Positions 62,124-64,000 of a stretch of 64,000 bases of DNA are shown piece by piece. Numbering within the stretch: the stretch's first letter is position 1; each line of letters opens with the position of its first letter. The notes below the pieces were generated by a model. That model was given only the letters and a program-made list of their open reading frames with translations. It did not search any database and was not told the DNA's origin. The position numbers and the translations under genes were made by a program. The DNA comes from Octopus sinensis (lineage: Eukaryota), in contig NC_043001.1 in NCBI RefSeq assembly GCF_006345805.1, positions 60,636,001-60,700,000 of the forward strand. The letters are read 5' to 3'.

Positions 62124-63659
62124 TTTGTGAATCATATATGTTATATGCTCACGCGGTTACCTCAGTTTGATCCTAGCCGAGTGAATTCCCTCCTCTCTTG
62201 GATGCTCATCTTGTTCCCCACTTTCTTCCCACGTTCTTGCTACCTCTCCTTAATCACTTTACCACCACTACACCCGGATTACCATAGGAACTTCATATTT
62301 CTCTGATTCTAGTCTCGTTGATCTCCCTGCACACTGCTGTTACTTTGTGATATGATTTAATTCCATATTAAATTCCAATCATTTTTATGTATCGAAATAT
62401 GTTTTAGTCTTCAATACTGATTTTCTTAAAGCATTTTCACTGAAATCCTATCTGAAAAAATGTGTTATGAATGACCGACGCTCATGCATTTGAATTGATC
62501 TGCTCGATACAAGAGCGCATAACTGCAGTGTTGTCTTTTGGTTGTTTACTATTCGTCAAAATTGTCCCTGCTCCCGTTAGTCCGAATTTTATTGGCTGTT
62601 TTTCAAATGTTTGTTATTTTTCTCTTCCTCCCTTATATCTGTACTTAGAAATTAGTTATGTATCAATTTTCTTCATACAAACTTATATACTCTTGACTTT
62701 TTAGTGATGTTTTTGGTATGTCTGATTATTTTTGATGTAAACCTTTTACCGTCTTTCGAAGAATCAACGATTATACAAGAAGCTATATGCTTCCAGTTAT
62801 TTTTGTCATGTTATATTCTCCGTGTGGGAGGTTGTGGCGACTTTTAAGTTGCACTGCAAACAATGTTAGCGCAGACAATCTGGCACGTCCGTTGTATTTT
62901 CAGTATTATGTACTGTAGTATTTATTATCTCTTTTGAAAAAATAAACGAATTCTAACGTATTTTACTTTCTTCTGTTAAGTACCTATTTCTTTGTTTTAC
63001 TTTCAATAAGCGCAAACAAACATGGCACCACATTTCAGATTTTAGCTTTTTTTTCAATTCGGGGTTTAATTTTAATTGAATTATTTTGATGAGTATCATA
63101 AGTAGGTTAAAATTTATATCTTTGTAATTATTGCAATCAAGATTTTCAATTTATATTGTAGTTGAGTCATTAGTTACACATCATTTGTAGGATGATCGTT
63201 TTACTAGCAATCTAAGGTTCATCAACGAATAATAAATGTTCGGAATGCAATCATTATAGAAAATTTAAGAATAAATGGATTTTAGTAAAATAATCCGAGA
63301 TTTTGTTTAAGAAAGAAGCAATGAACATTTAAATATAGCTAATACCAGTAAAGTGGATTTGATAGAATCGCTGTTTGTATAATTCACTCTAGTCTTTCAT
63401 TTATCGTAGTTTTGGTTTGCAATTAGAAGATGTATCTCGCTTTGTCTGGCAATTATATTGAATGAATATTTAATGACGGTACTTTTTTGTTTCTACTAAA
63501 AGTTCTTTGTTTCCAATATCGAAGAAGCATTAAATCAACAATTATATACATTTTAGTTTCCATTTGTCCAACTGAAAGGTTGTTGATGTCTATGAAAATC
63601 ATTTCGTATCAGTTTTTGTTCTAAAATTATGATTTTGTGTTGTATGATATATATTTTTG

Positions 63660-64000
63660 TAAACATAGGAGTAAGAATGCATGTTTGTATGTACGTATGT
63701 ATGTATGTATATATGTATGTATGAATGTATGTATATATGTATGTATATCTGTATGTATGCATGCATTCATGCATGTATGTATGTATGTATATATGCATGC
63801 ATGTACGTATATAGTTAGCTAGCTAGCTAGCTAGCTACATAGATAAATAAATATATAGATAGATACATATATACATACATACATACAAACATACACACAT
63901 ACATAGATGCATACATACGTACATACATACATACATACATACATACATACATACATACTACATACATACATACATACATACATAGACATACATATAGTTA
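63660..64000. repeat. (TATG)n, (TAGC)n and (CATA)n microsatellite cluster
   Basis: Direct inspection. Confidence 0.9.

Noticed and set aside
60500-62900. Purine-rich patches at about 60500-60780, 62150-62350 and 62560-62900 that might be host exons or LINE relics
   Set aside because: No consistent frame, splice-site pair or motif was found. No host gene is claimed anywhere in the window.

Overview
AT-rich, microsatellite-dense eukaryotic DNA with no host protein-coding exon that I can support. The SINE families resemble those of Octopus/coleoid cephalopods (an inference). The window is dominated by Penelope-like retroelements (PLEs) of at least three kinds. (1) A Naiad-type element spans about 2809-11304, bounded by inverted copies of a hammerhead-ribozyme (HHR) pLTR. 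(2) A Neptune-type element with a 757-aa RT+GIY-YIG ORF (4825-7098) is nested inside it. Its 3' end carries a CCAAT/CRE repeat array, a TATA box, a Kozak ATG mini-exon and a splice donor whose phase fits an acceptor just upstream of its own ORF. (3) A second Naiad family (11844-13717) has an in-frame TGA at a conserved Cys, a possible selenocysteine codon. A divergent PLE RT and several further PLE/pLTR remnants are also present. Other elements are an apparently intact CR1-group LINE ORF2 (40695-43748) whose 3' stem-loops covary with those of local SINEs, an RTE 3' end, Tc1 and mariner remnants, a 1.65-kb tandem duplication and many fold-back palindromes. All alignments, folds and clade calls were made by eye and need computational confirmation.
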